A stretch of 64,000 bases of DNA, taken from the NCBI GenBank assembly GCA_026393275.1, contig JAPLAM010000045.1:74795-138794 (forward strand). Reading direction: 5' to 3'. The translations under genes and the position numbers were made by a program. Numbering within the stretch: position 1 is the first letter of the stretch; each line of letters opens with the position of its first letter. The DNA comes from Arthrobacter sp. Its GTDB lineage: Bacteria; Actinomycetota; Actinomycetes; Actinomycetales; Micrococcaceae. Shown piece by piece: positions 9,801 to 18,856 of the stretch. The notes under the pieces are model-generated. The model was not told the DNA's origin and ran no database searches. It saw nothing but the letters and a program-made list of their open reading frames with translations.

Positions 9801-9889
9801 GTTTGTCCGAAGTACCAAAAGATTCACCGCCAATGGCCCGGAGAGATCCGCTTGGCCGCCGGTTCAGATCGAAGCTGAAGGATCGTGAA

Positions 9890-10822
9890 GTGACCACCAC
9901 CTCCCTGACCAAGTCCCGGGGCGCGGGCCGCGCCGGAGACAAAGTCTTTTCCGGAGCCACCTTGGCCGCAGGGTGCCTGATCCTGGCCGTGCTCTTCGGC
10001 GTCGCGCTCTTCCTAGTCGTCCAGGCGTTCCCGGCCCTCGTGGCATCGCCGGACAAGATCCAGGGCGGGCAGGGCTTCTTCGCCTACATCTGGCCGATCG
10101 TCGTCGGCACCCTGATCGCCGCCGTGATCGCGCTCGCGATCGCGACGCCGGTCGCGATCGGCGTCGCGCTGTTCATCTCGCACTTTGCCCCGCGGGGGCT
10201 GGCCTCCGGCCTCGGCTACGTGATCGACCTGCTGGCCGCCATCCCGTCCGTGGTCTACGGCGCCTGGGGCGCCGCGTTCCTGGCCAAGGAAATCTCGCCG
10301 CTCTACAACTGGCTCGCCGACAACATGGGCTGGGTGCCGCTCTTCCAAGGACCGGCGTCGGCCACCGGCAAGACCATCCTGACGGCCGGCATCGTGCTGG
10401 CGGTCATGGTCCTGCCGATCATCACCTCGCTCACGCGCGAAATCTTCCTGCAGACCCCCAAGCTGCACGAGGAGGCCGCACTCGCCCTCGGCGCCACCCG
10501 CTGGGAAATGATCCGGATGGCCGTGCTGCCGTTCGGCCGTGCCGGAATCGTCAGCGCCGTCATGCTGGGCCTGGGCCGCGCCCTCGGCGAGACCATGGCC
10601 GTTGCCCTGGTGCTCTCCTCCGGCGCCCTCACGGCAAGCCTGATCCAGTCCGGCAACCAGACCATCGCCGCCGAAATCGCCCTGAACTTCCCTGAGGCCA
10701 GCGGCCTGAAGGTCAGCACGCTGATCGCCGCCGGCCTGGTGCTCTTCGTCATCACGCTGGGCGTGAACATGATCGCCCGGTGGATCATCACCCGGCACAA
10801 AGAATTCTCGGGAGCCAACTAA
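9890..10822 (+). CDS. pstC: Phosphate ABC transporter permease
   Basis: 'LLAAIPSVVYG', 'EEAALALGATRWE', 'GRALGETMA'; GTG start after GAAGGA. Confidence 0.95.
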   Translation: MTTTSLTKSRGAGRAGDKVFSGATLAAGCLILAVLFGVALFLVVQAFPALVASPDKIQGGQGFFAYIWPIVVGTLIAAVIALAIATPVAIGVALFISHFAPRGLASGLGYVIDLLAAIPSVVYGAWGAAFLAKEISPLYNWLADNMGWVPLFQGPASATGKTILTAGIVLAVMVLPIITSLTREIFLQTPKLHEEAALALGATRWEMIRMAVLPFGRAGIVSAVMLGLGRALGETMAVALVLSSGALTASLIQSGNQTIAAEIALNFPEASGLKVSTLIAAGLVLFVITLGVNMIARWIITRHKEFSGAN

Positions 10823-11932
10823 ATGACCTCCACCCTCACCCCGGTCCGCAAGCGCTCGGCCCTCACCAAGGGCCAGCTGCCCAAGGCGGCGCCGTACATC
10901 GTCCTGGCCCTCGCGCTCATCATCGGCGCGGCCATCCTGGCCCTGATCGGCTTCAACGCCTTCGGCTGGGGCATCGTCGCCGCCATCCTCTTCACGGTCG
11001 GGCTGGTCGGCTGGAGCGCCGCCGTGGAAGGCTCCCGCAAGGCCAAAGACAAACTCGCCACCTGCCTCGTGGTGGGCGCCTTCCTGATCGCCCTGCTGCC
11101 GCTGATCTCGGTGATCTGGACGGTGCTGGTCAAGGGCCTGCCGGGCCTGCTGGATCCCGGGTTCCTGGGCACCTCAATGAACGGCGTCACCGGCGCGTTC
11201 GACAACAAGAGCGTCGAACAAGGTGCTCCCGTGATGGGCGGCATCTACCACGCGCTGGTGGGCACCGTGCAGATCACCCTGCTCGCAACCGTCATCTCCG
11301 TCCCGGTGGGCCTGCTGACCGCGATCTACCTGGTGGAATACGGCGAGGACCGTGCCCTGTCCCGCGCCATCACGTTCTTCGTCGACGTGATGACCGGCAT
11401 TCCCTCGATCGTGGCCGGCCTGTTTGCCGCCGCGTTCTTCCTGGCCGTCGTCGGCCCGGGCACCAAGACCGGCGCCGTCGCCGCCGTCGCGCTTTCCGTG
11501 CTGATGATCCCGGTGGTGGTCCGGTCCAGCGAGGAAATGCTCAAGATCGTCCCCAACGAACTCCGCGAAGCGGCGTACGCCCTCGGCGTCCGCAAATGGC
11601 GGACCATCCTCAAGGTAGTCATCCCGACGGCGATCTCGGGCATTGCCTCCGGCGTCACCCTCGCCATCGCCCGAGTGATCGGCGAGACCGCCCCGATCCT
11701 GGTCACCGCCGGTTTCGCCACCACCATCAACAACAACGTGTTCGGCGGCTGGATGGCCTCGCTGCCCACCTTCATCTACACGCAGATCCTCAACCCCACC
11801 TCGCCGTCAAACCCGGGTCCCTCCGACCAGCGGGCCTGGGGCGCAGCCCTGGTCCTCATCATCCTCGTGATGCTGCTCAACCTGGGCGCCCGCCTGGTGG
11901 CCCGCATCTTCGCCCCGAAGGCCGGCCGCTAG
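10823..11932 (+). CDS. pstA: Phosphate ABC transporter permease
   Basis: 'MTGIPSIVAG', 'REAAYALG', 'ARVIGETAP'. Confidence 0.95.
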   Translation: MTSTLTPVRKRSALTKGQLPKAAPYIVLALALIIGAAILALIGFNAFGWGIVAAILFTVGLVGWSAAVEGSRKAKDKLATCLVVGAFLIALLPLISVIWTVLVKGLPGLLDPGFLGTSMNGVTGAFDNKSVEQGAPVMGGIYHALVGTVQITLLATVISVPVGLLTAIYLVEYGEDRALSRAITFFVDVMTGIPSIVAGLFAAAFFLAVVGPGTKTGAVAAVALSVLMIPVVVRSSEEMLKIVPNELREAAYALGVRKWRTILKVVIPTAISGIASGVTLAIARVIGETAPILVTAGFATTINNNVFGGWMASLPTFIYTQILNPTSPSNPGPSDQRAWGAALVLIILVMLLNLGARLVARIFAPKAGR

Positions 11933-11976
11933 GCCCGCCGGCACCCGGCCCACATCTCCACAAGTGAAGGAACAGC

Positions 11977-12756
11977 ATGTCTAAGCGCATCGACGTCAAA
12001 GACCTGAACGTCTACTACAGCAAATTCCTTGCCGTCGAGGACGTCAACATCAACATTGACCCCAAGTCCGTCACCGCCTTCATTGGCCCGTCCGGCTGCG
12101 GCAAGTCCACCTTCCTGCGCACCTTGAACCGGATGCACGAAGTCATCCCGGGCGCCCGGGTGGAAGGCGAAGTGCTGCTCGACGGCGACAACCTTTACGG
12201 TCCCGGCGTGGATCCCGTCACGGTCCGCTCCCAGATCGGCATGGTCTTCCAGCGGCCCAACCCGTTCCCCACCATGTCCATCCGCGACAACGTGCTGGCC
12301 GGCGTGAAGCTGAACAACCATAAGATCTCCAAGGGCGAGGCGGACGCGCTCGTGGAGCGGTCCCTGCGCGGCGCCAACCTCTGGAACGAGGTCAAGGACC
12401 GCCTGGCCAAGCCCGGCTCGGGACTGTCCGGCGGCCAGCAGCAGCGCCTCTGCATTGCCCGCGCCATCGCCGTGGAGCCCCAAGTAATCCTGATGGACGA
12501 GCCCTGCTCCGCGCTGGACCCGATTTCCACGCTCGCCATTGAGGACCTCATCAACGATCTCAAGGACCAATACACCGTGGTGATCGTGACCCACAACATG
12601 CAGCAGGCGGCCCGCGTCTCGGACAAGACGGCGTTCTTCAACATCGCCGGCACCGGCAAGCCCGGCAAGCTGATCGAATACGGCGAAACCCACACCATCT
12701 TCAGCAACCCGAGCGTGAAGGCCACCGAGGACTACGTCTCCGGCCGCTTCGGATAA
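11977..12756 (+). CDS. pstB: Phosphate ABC transporter ATPase
   Basis: [33 protein letters not shown]; ends 'YVSGRFG'. Confidence 0.97.
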   Translation: MSKRIDVKDLNVYYSKFLAVEDVNINIDPKSVTAFIGPSGCGKSTFLRTLNRMHEVIPGARVEGEVLLDGDNLYGPGVDPVTVRSQIGMVFQRPNPFPTMSIRDNVLAGVKLNNHKISKGEADALVERSLRGANLWNEVKDRLAKPGSGLSGGQQQRLCIARAIAVEPQVILMDEPCSALDPISTLAIEDLINDLKDQYTVVIVTHNMQQAARVSDKTAFFNIAGTGKPGKLIEYGETHTIFSNPSVKATEDYVSGRFG

Positions 12757-12833
12757 GGCCGTCCGCTTATCGGTTACTCCGTGGCCGCGCTTGTGAACAC
12801 TCTAAAGGCGGCTGCGGAGCAATGGACGAGTCC

Positions 12834-13850
12834 CTAGAGTTTGGTGAGGGGCGACAAGGCGAGTCCCAGCACGAAGGCGACCGCGGCGGTGACCAGCGGG
12901 GTCAGCACCCAGAAGGCCAGGATCCGGAGCACCAGCCGCCGGTTTGATGCCGGATACCTCTGGTTGGCGCCCGCCCCCAGCACGGCCGAGGTCACGGTGT
13001 GGGTGGTGGAGACCGGCCAATGCAGGCCGATCGCGCCGACCAGCAGCAGGACGCTGCTGAAGAGTTGCGCGACGAAGCCCCGCAGTGGATCCATCCGGAT
13101 CATCCGGTACCCGATGGTGTACGCAACCCGCCAGCCGCCCGCCAGGGTGCCCGCCGTCAGCATGCCAGCTGTCAGGAGGGCGACCCAGACCGGGATGGAA
13201 CCGCCGTCGGGCAGCCCCGCGGCCAGCGTCGCCAGGATCAGCACGGCGCTGGTGCGTTGGCCGTCCTGCAGGCCGTGGCCAAAGGCGACGGCACCCGCGG
13301 CGACGGCCTGGGCCCGCCGGGACCTCGAGTTCACAACGTTCGGCGGGGTGTAGCGCACCGCCCAGGTGGCGGGCCACACCAGCAGGTAGGCACCCGCGAA
13401 GGCGATGGCCGGGGACAGCAGCAGGGGCAGTACCACCTGGAAGAGCAGGGACTCGTCCACCCCCGCTACGCCGGGACCGCCCACCGCCACGCTGGCGATG
13501 CCGGCGCCGGCCAGGCCCCCAACGAGCGCGTGCGTCGAGGACGCGGGAATGCCGCGCCAATAGGTGTAAACGCCCCAGAGCACGGCACTGAGCAGTCCGG
13601 CGATGAGGATGGTCAGGCCGTTGCCGCCGGCCGGCAGAACCACCCAGGCCCGGCTGACCGCCAACGCCAGTCCCGCGCTGAGCCCGGCGCCCACGAAGTT
13701 GAACAGCCCGGCCAGGAGCACCGCGACGGTTGGAGTCAGTGCCCGCGTCCGGACCGCCAGGGCAACCGAGGACGAGGCGTCCTTGAAACCGTTGAGAAAG
13801 GCGAATGCCCCGGCGAAGACAACCACCAGGGCAAAGAAGACGAGGGTCAC
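12834..13850 (-). CDS. pit: PiT-family inorganic phosphate transporter
   Basis: N-terminal 'NGFKDA' and 'HGLQDGQ' PiT signatures; 'PVSTTH'. Confidence 0.9.
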   Translation of the reverse strand: MTLVFFALVVVFAGAFAFLNGFKDASSSVALAVRTRALTPTVAVLLAGLFNFVGAGLSAGLALAVSRAWVVLPAGGNGLTILIAGLLSAVLWGVYTYWRGIPASSTHALVGGLAGAGIASVAVGGPGVAGVDESLLFQVVLPLLLSPAIAFAGAYLLVWPATWAVRYTPPNVVNSRSRRAQAVAAGAVAFGHGLQDGQRTSAVLILATLAAGLPDGGSIPVWVALLTAGMLTAGTLAGGWRVAYTIGYRMIRMDPLRGFVAQLFSSVLLLVGAIGLHWPVSTTHTVTSAVLGAGANQRYPASNRRLVLRILAFWVLTPLVTAAVAFVLGLALSPLTKL

Positions 13851-13851
13851 C

Positions 13852-14469
13852 TCAAGATTCCTTGACGATGATGCTGCCCACCTGGGTGGCGATCCGCCGC
13901 ATGTCCCTGGTGACGTCCACGAGCTGGTCCGCGACGTCGCGGTGGCGCGCGTACTGGGCTGATTTCATGTCCTTGAGCATGTCCGCGACCCAGACCCGGT
14001 GGGTGCGTTCCGCCCGCTTTGTGAGCCGGAGGACCTCGATCCAATAGTCTTCCAGGTCATCCAGGTTGTTCAGCTGGCGCATGGCGTCGACAGTCAGCTC
14101 GGCCTGCCGGCTGATGATTTCCAGCTGCTCGGCCGCGCGCTTGGGCGGCCGCTCCAGCTTGTAGAGGAGGACGAGATCCGCGGCGGCGTCCAGCTTTTCC
14201 ATCGCTTCGTTGAGGTAGCGGGACAGTGCGTACATGTCCTCGCGGGGGAGCGGATTCAGGAAGCTGGTCCGCATGTGCGTCAAAAGGGCAAAATGCAGTT
14301 CCGCCGACTTGGCCTCGTGGTTGTGCATGTCCTCTACGAGCGGCACGTGCTCACTGGCGGGGGCGCCGAGGATCTCCGAAAAAGTTGCGGTGCCCAAGAC
14401 GATCTGGTGGGCCATCTGGGACAGCAGGTTCAGCCCGGTGGGCTCCTGGGGGAAAAGGCGTAACTTCAC
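13852..14469 (-). CDS. DUF47 (PhoU-like) phosphate transport regulator
   Basis: 'LMTSF..PLPREDMYALSRYL' pattern; immediately upstream of pit. Confidence 0.88.
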   Translation of the reverse strand: MKLRLFPQEPTGLNLLSQMAHQIVLGTATFSEILGAPASEHVPLVEDMHNHEAKSAELHFALLTHMRTSFLNPLPREDMYALSRYLNEAMEKLDAAADLVLLYKLERPPKRAAEQLEIISRQAELTVDAMRQLNNLDDLEDYWIEVLRLTKRAERTHRVWVADMLKDMKSAQYARHRDVADQLVDVTRDMRRIATQVGSIIVKES

Positions 14470-14656
14470 GTGGGGTTACCGGTCTCCGGACGAGGCTTAC
14501 ACGGGTCTTGTCTGCCGGCCCTGGTATGTGACGATGACCCGCGCATGTGCATTACTTTACCGTCCGGACTTGAACTGCCGGGAACCACCACCCGGCTATA
14601 CTCCACGCGCCGGTGCGGGCGGCGGTACAAGGTGGTCGGGGGGCGGGCATGAAAAT

Positions 14657-14740
14657 GGTGCCGAACCGGATACGCCTCTCGGCGGTAGGCCGCTCTAGGC
14701 GGCTAATTGTTGAAGCCCGGGGGTTTCGCGGTTCGGCACC
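14657..14740. ncRNA. Candidate structured non-coding RNA (strand unresolved)
   Basis: Perfect 12-bp helix GGTGCCGAACCG/CGGTTCGGCACC enclosing three hairpins; promoter-like elements on both sides. Confidence 0.5.
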
Positions 14741-14803
14741 GCCTTTAGTTTTCTACGTCGGCGGGACCAAGTCAACATTGACAGTGGGGGCCCGGCGTGC
14801 GTC

Positions 14804-14832
14804 TTGACAGCACCGAAAAGCCGCGCTAAATT
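14804..14832 (+). promoter_or_regulatory. Near-consensus sigmaA promoter TTGACA-N17-TAAATT facing the 3' end of the minus-strand hypothetical gene
   Basis: Direct motif match. Confidence 0.5.
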
Positions 14833-14882
14833 CACGAATTTTCGGGCCTCGCGTGCCTAGAAGGCCGCGCGCCCCAAAGGCC

Positions 14883-15539
14883 TTAGTCCAGTTCGCCCAG
14901 CCGCCACGCGTTGGCGGCGTGTTCAAGGTCCTCGGCGGTCTTAACCAGCAGGTGGGAATTCCGCGTCAGCTTGCTGGCATGGTTTTCGTTGCTGTGCTCC
15001 GCGCTGTCGGCAAGCGTGGCCTGGCCCAGTGCGACCACCCGGCAGAACGCGGCCGAGCGCTCCAGCGCGACGTCGAATTCGCCGTCGAACGCCCCGGAGA
15101 GGATGGCGTCCGCCATCGACTTCATTTCCTCGGCGCCCGGAGGCTCGGCCGCGCCGGCCACCACGTGGGACACCTGGGCGGTGTCCTTGCCCGCCCTGAA
15201 GTAGACCGAGATCCTCTCGGGGTCCCGGATCGCCGCGGCGCGCAGGGCGTATAGCCGCCAGAGGGCGCCAGGGAGGGACCGCGCCGGGCTCTCCGCCCAC
15301 ATTTCCGCGATGGCGTCGAGGCCTTGTTCATCGGCGAGTTTGACCAGCCGCCGGGTGACCTTGGGGTCGTCGCTGTCCCTGCCGCGGCGCACGAGCGCCT
15401 GCGCCGCGAGGTGCGCGGCCTCGGACACCCGCGCCGGATCTGCCCCGCCGGCGAACGGTTCGAAGTCGAGCGGCGCGAAGGGCTTCGGCTTATGGTGTCG
15501 GTGCGGTCCCGGGCTGCTGGCTCCTGCTTGCTCGTTCAT
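14883..15539 (-). CDS. Hypothetical protein (218 aa, helical)
   Basis: Coding-like composition; leaderless start TAGCGT-N6-ATG. Confidence 0.8.
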   Translation of the reverse strand: MNEQAGASSPGPHRHHKPKPFAPLDFEPFAGGADPARVSEAAHLAAQALVRRGRDSDDPKVTRRLVKLADEQGLDAIAEMWAESPARSLPGALWRLYALRAAAIRDPERISVYFRAGKDTAQVSHVVAGAAEPPGAEEMKSMADAILSGAFDGEFDVALERSAAFCRVVALGQATLADSAEHSNENHASKLTRNSHLLVKTAEDLEHAANAWRLGELD

Positions 15540-15764
15540 GCCACCACGCTACTCCTGTGCATTCCGGGAATCGAGCATGGTGCCGCCCGCCGGGGTGACC
15601 CCGGTACGCGAGTGGGACGGCGCCGGGCAGGCGGACGACGACGGCGTGTCGCGCCGGGTGAAAAAGCGCGCCCGGGTCTGGGGTACAGTATTAAACGTTC
15701 AGAAATGGACTGGGCCGACGTGCCCGTCGACGGCGGAATTTGCGCTGATTGATGGTGTCGGCTG

Positions 15765-15837
15765 GGGCCTTTAGCTCAGTTGGTAGAGCATCGGACTTTT
15801 AATCCGTGGGTCGTGGGTTCGATCCCCACAGGGCCCA
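15765..15837 (+). tRNA. tRNA-Lys (anticodon UUU), CCA not encoded
   Basis: Acceptor GGGCCTT/AGGGCCC, D-arm GCTCAGTTGGTAGAGC, anticodon loop CTTTTAA, T-arm GTGGG-TTCGATC-CCCAC. Confidence 0.97.
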
Positions 15838-15856
15838 CTCTTTTAGCGAAGAGTGG

Positions 15857-15899
15857 AAAAACCCCTGGCATCCTGGCGACAGGAAGCCAGGGGTTTTTT
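15857..15899 (+). terminator. Intrinsic terminator after tRNA-Lys
   Basis: AAAAACCCCTGGC...GCCAGGGGTTTTTT with inner TCCTG-GCGA-CAGGA. Confidence 0.85.
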
Positions 15900-15980
15900 G
15901 GCGTCACGGTGCAGGTTTCGCCGGCCGGGTTCCTGCAGAAAGCATGATGGCCTAGTTATCAGCCGGGCTAGTATTGTCGA

Positions 15981-16484
15981 ATGAACTCGGACAGCGCGGC
16001 AGGCTCGGGGTACTGGTATGGCCTGGAGGGCCGGCTGGATCCTCCGTCGGCCGTGTTGAGCGCCCTGAGGGGCTATCGGGCCGCCGAGGTCGCCACCAGG
16101 CGCTCCACCCGGGACTCCATGGGCATGGGGGAGACCGACCTGCTGGCGCTGCGGTTCCTGCTGCGCGCCCAGTCGGCGGGGGAGCGGGTGGGCCCCAAGG
16201 ACTTGAGCCGAAGCCTGGGGATCACCACGGCTTCCACCACCTCGCTGATCGACCGGCTCGTGGGCAGCGGCCACGTACGCCGTGAGCCGCACCCCACCGA
16301 CCGGCGCTCCCTGGTGATCGTTCCCACCGCCGTCACCGACTCGGAAGTCCGGGCCACGCTTGGCGACATGCACCAGCGGATGCTTGCGGTGGCCGGAGGG
16401 CTCAGTGCCGAGGAAAGCCGCATCGTCGTGGGATTCCTGCACCGCATGACGGAAGCCCTGGACGGACACACGGAACACCTCTAA
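15981..16484 (+). CDS. MarR-family transcriptional regulator
   Basis: 'LGITTASTTSLIDRL..SGHVRREPHPTDRRS'; leaderless TAGTAT-N6-ATG. Confidence 0.92.
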   Translation: MNSDSAAGSGYWYGLEGRLDPPSAVLSALRGYRAAEVATRRSTRDSMGMGETDLLALRFLLRAQSAGERVGPKDLSRSLGITTASTTSLIDRLVGSGHVRREPHPTDRRSLVIVPTAVTDSEVRATLGDMHQRMLAVAGGLSAEESRIVVGFLHRMTEALDGHTEHL

Positions 16485-16531
16485 ACCGAACATCATCCGG
16501 ACGAGACCGCCGGACGGGACCGCCAGGCGAG

Positions 16532-16593
16532 CAACTAGCTAGTTGACCTAGTGATATGTATGCTTACTAAGTTGTATGTAGGCTTACTAATTG
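16532..16593. promoter_or_regulatory. AT-rich operator-like cluster: 14-bp palindrome plus 20-bp tandem repeat
   Basis: CAACTAGCTAGTTG (16532-16545); TATGTA(T/G)GCTTACTAA at 16555 and 16575. Confidence 0.65.
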
Positions 16594-16620
16594 TCGGATA
16601 AGCGTGTGCGTGGAGGAGTC

Positions 16621-16923
16621 GTGGCTGAATTGTTGACGATCACCGGAACCCCGGGATGCGGTGCAGCACCGCTGGCTGCGCACCGGAGCCCGGCAATGCA
16701 AGGCACCGTAGCTCCCGCGCTGCCCCTGGACCCGGCCGGCCAGGCGCCCCGCCACTGCGGCACCCCGATGCGATGGACTGCCCCGGTTCTTGACGCCATG
16801 GCGGCCTACTCCTTCGACACCGGCAGCGGCCCAGCCAAACTTCCGCCTGTGTGGCGCTGCTCCTGTGGGTTCCAGCTCGACGGCATCGTCCACACGCCCA
16901 ACTCGCTGGCCGCGCTTTCGTGA
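16621..16923 (+). CDS. Small Cys/His (Zn-ribbon-like) protein
   Basis: GGAGGAG SD before GTG; HCGTPM and WRCSCGF knuckles. Confidence 0.7.
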   Translation: MAELLTITGTPGCGAAPLAAHRSPAMQGTVAPALPLDPAGQAPRHCGTPMRWTAPVLDAMAAYSFDTGSGPAKLPPVWRCSCGFQLDGIVHTPNSLAALS

Positions 16924-17855
16924 GGGTGGCGCCCGCGTCCGCTGTGCCCCGGCCCGCCGGTGCGTCATCCCGCCCCGGCACCGTAACCGCCGGGGCCGGC
17001 CTCAAGGCCATAACTTTGCCCCTGCCTGACGCCCCCGGCGGCCGCTTCCAGGTGCACGAGCTGCTGGGAAGGGGTGCTACCGCCACCGTTTTCCGCGGTA
17101 CGGACCTGGTCAACGACCGCCCGGTCGCCATCAAGGTGGCCGAAGGTCCGTCCGAGAAGGACGCCAGCCGGATCTACGCCGAGGCGCGGGTCCTCGCTTC
17201 CTTGAATCACCCGGCAGTTGTCGGTTTCGTTGCCGCGGGCACCGTCCCAGGCAACGGCCCGTGGGCGGGCCGGCCGTTCCTGGTTGAGGAATTTGCCTAC
17301 GGCGGGAGCCTGGCAGAGCGGATCCGCGGCGGCGCCTCCGGCTCGGAGGAGGTGGCGGGCTGGGGCGCCGCCGCCCTGTCCGGCCTTAGGCACGTCCACG
17401 AGCGCGGACTGATCCACCGCGACATCAAGCCGGCAAACATCCTGCTCAGTGCGCTCCGGAGATCCCCGGTGCGGCTCGCCGACTTTGGGATCGCCACTCC
17501 TGCCGGTACGGCGCCGGAACCCGGCGAGTCGTCGGGCACCGTGCACTACATGAGCCCGGAGCAGGCGGCCGGGCGGCCCCTGCAGGCATCTACCGATATT
17601 TATGCGCTGGGATTGGTGCTGCTCGAATGCCTCACCGGCGTGAAGGCCTACCCCGGGACGCCCGTCGAATCGCTTGTGGCCCGCACGCTGCGGGGCCCGG
17701 ACATCCCCGCTCAGCTGAGCGCCGGCTGGGTGTCGTTGCTGACGGCCATGACGGCGATGGATCCCGAGGCGCGGCCGCCGGCCGCCGCGGCACACAAGCT
17801 CGTCGCGAGGCTCCCTTCCGCCCGGACGCTGCCCCCGCTCCGCCTGGTCGGCTGA
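16920..17855 (+). CDS. Soluble Hanks-type Ser/Thr protein kinase
   Basis: GRGATATV, VAIK, HRDIKPAN, DFG, GTVHYMSPEQ, DIYALG; GTGA overlap with upstream stop; no TM seen. Confidence 0.93.
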   Translation: MRVAPASAVPRPAGASSRPGTVTAGAGLKAITLPLPDAPGGRFQVHELLGRGATATVFRGTDLVNDRPVAIKVAEGPSEKDASRIYAEARVLASLNHPAVVGFVAAGTVPGNGPWAGRPFLVEEFAYGGSLAERIRGGASGSEEVAGWGAAALSGLRHVHERGLIHRDIKPANILLSALRRSPVRLADFGIATPAGTAPEPGESSGTVHYMSPEQAAGRPLQASTDIYALGLVLLECLTGVKAYPGTPVESLVARTLRGPDIPAQLSAGWVSLLTAMTAMDPEARPPAAAAHKLVARLPSARTLPPLRLVG

Positions 17856-18013
17856 CCGCAGCCAAGGTAGCTCCAGGGCCGGCCCGGGCCCCGTCCCAGG
17901 CCTTCAAGCCTTCACGCCTGAAATCGTGGCATCCGCGGCCGTGCCCTCCCGTTTGGATAGCATGGGGCTTCCAGGACGTGCTGCCGGCAGCTTCGGTGGA
18001 AAGGGGTGATGCC

Positions 18014-18835
18014 ATGCCGCCTCGCGCCATGACGCGGCCCGAACTCATCGGGCGGCTCCGCGCAGCCGGTTGCGTGTTCGCCGAAGAAGAGGCCGCCCTG
18101 CTGGTGGAAGCAGCAGCCGGCGCCGCGGAGCTCGACGCGCTCGTCCGGCAACGGGTCTCGGGGCTGCCGCTGGAGCATGTGCTCGGCTGGGCGGAGTTCT
18201 GCGGCCTCCGCATCGCCGTGGACCGTCAGGTATTCGTGCCTCGACGGCGGACCGAATACCTCGTCAAGCGTGCAGCGCGGCTCTTGAGTGCCCGCCCGGC
18301 GGCGCCCCGGAGGCCGGTCGTCGTGGACCTCTGTTGTGGCTCGGGCGCGGTGGGTGCGGCGCTCGCCGCCGTGGCCGGGCCCCTCGAGCTGCATGCCGCC
18401 GACGTCGACCCCGCCGCGGCCGCCTGCGCGCGGCGCAACCTGCTCCGGCTGGGAGGCGAAGTCCATGAGGGCGACCTGTTCGACGCGCTGCCGGAGCGGC
18501 TCCGCGGCCGCGTCGACATCCTTGCGGTCAATGCGCCGTACGTTCCCTCGGAGATGATCGGGACGATGCCGCCGGAGGCCCGCCTGCACGAACCCCGGGC
18601 GTCCCTCGACGGCGGCCCGGACGGGCTGGAGCTGCAACGCCGAATAGCCGCCGCGGCGCCAGTGTGGCTGGCGCCGGGCGGCCACCTGCTGATCGAAACG
18701 AGCCGGCGGCAAGCACCGCAGACCGTCAAGATCTTCGCCGGGAACGGGCTCTCCGGCCGTGTGTTCAGCTCGCGGAGCCTTGATGCCACAGTCGTGCTGG
18801 GCGGCGTCGTGGCCGTGGATGCGAGTCAGCGCTGA
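18014..18835 (+). CDS. PrmC/HemK-related SAM-dependent N5-glutamine methyltransferase-like protein
   Basis: 'GLPLEHVLGWAEF', 'VFVPRRRTE', 'DLCCGSG', 'NAPY', 'LDGGPDGL'. Confidence 0.88.
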   Translation: MPPRAMTRPELIGRLRAAGCVFAEEEAALLVEAAAGAAELDALVRQRVSGLPLEHVLGWAEFCGLRIAVDRQVFVPRRRTEYLVKRAARLLSARPAAPRRPVVVDLCCGSGAVGAALAAVAGPLELHAADVDPAAAACARRNLLRLGGEVHEGDLFDALPERLRGRVDILAVNAPYVPSEMIGTMPPEARLHEPRASLDGGPDGLELQRRIAAAAPVWLAPGGHLLIETSRRQAPQTVKIFAGNGLSGRVFSSRSLDATVVLGGVVAVDASQR

Positions 18836-18856
18836 CGGCAACCGCTGCCGGAACCG

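Noticed and set aside
14657-14740. Hammerhead ribozyme, SRP RNA or 6C RNA identity for the structured element
   Set aside because: GAAAC is present but CUGANGA is not; no SRP helix-8 motif; no paired C6 loops.
14649-14807. 52-aa + strand ORF (MKMVPNRIRLS...) over the structured element
   Set aside because: No clear SD and no family signal; the perfect helix is better explained by RNA structure, but translation is not excluded.
16495-16522. 13-bp-period direct repeat CCGGACG(A/G)GACCG after marR
   Set aside because: Short and GC-rich; expected by chance at this composition.
18014-18835. Housekeeping prmC
   Set aside because: Not next to prfA, short N-terminus and NAPY motif; left as PrmC-related.
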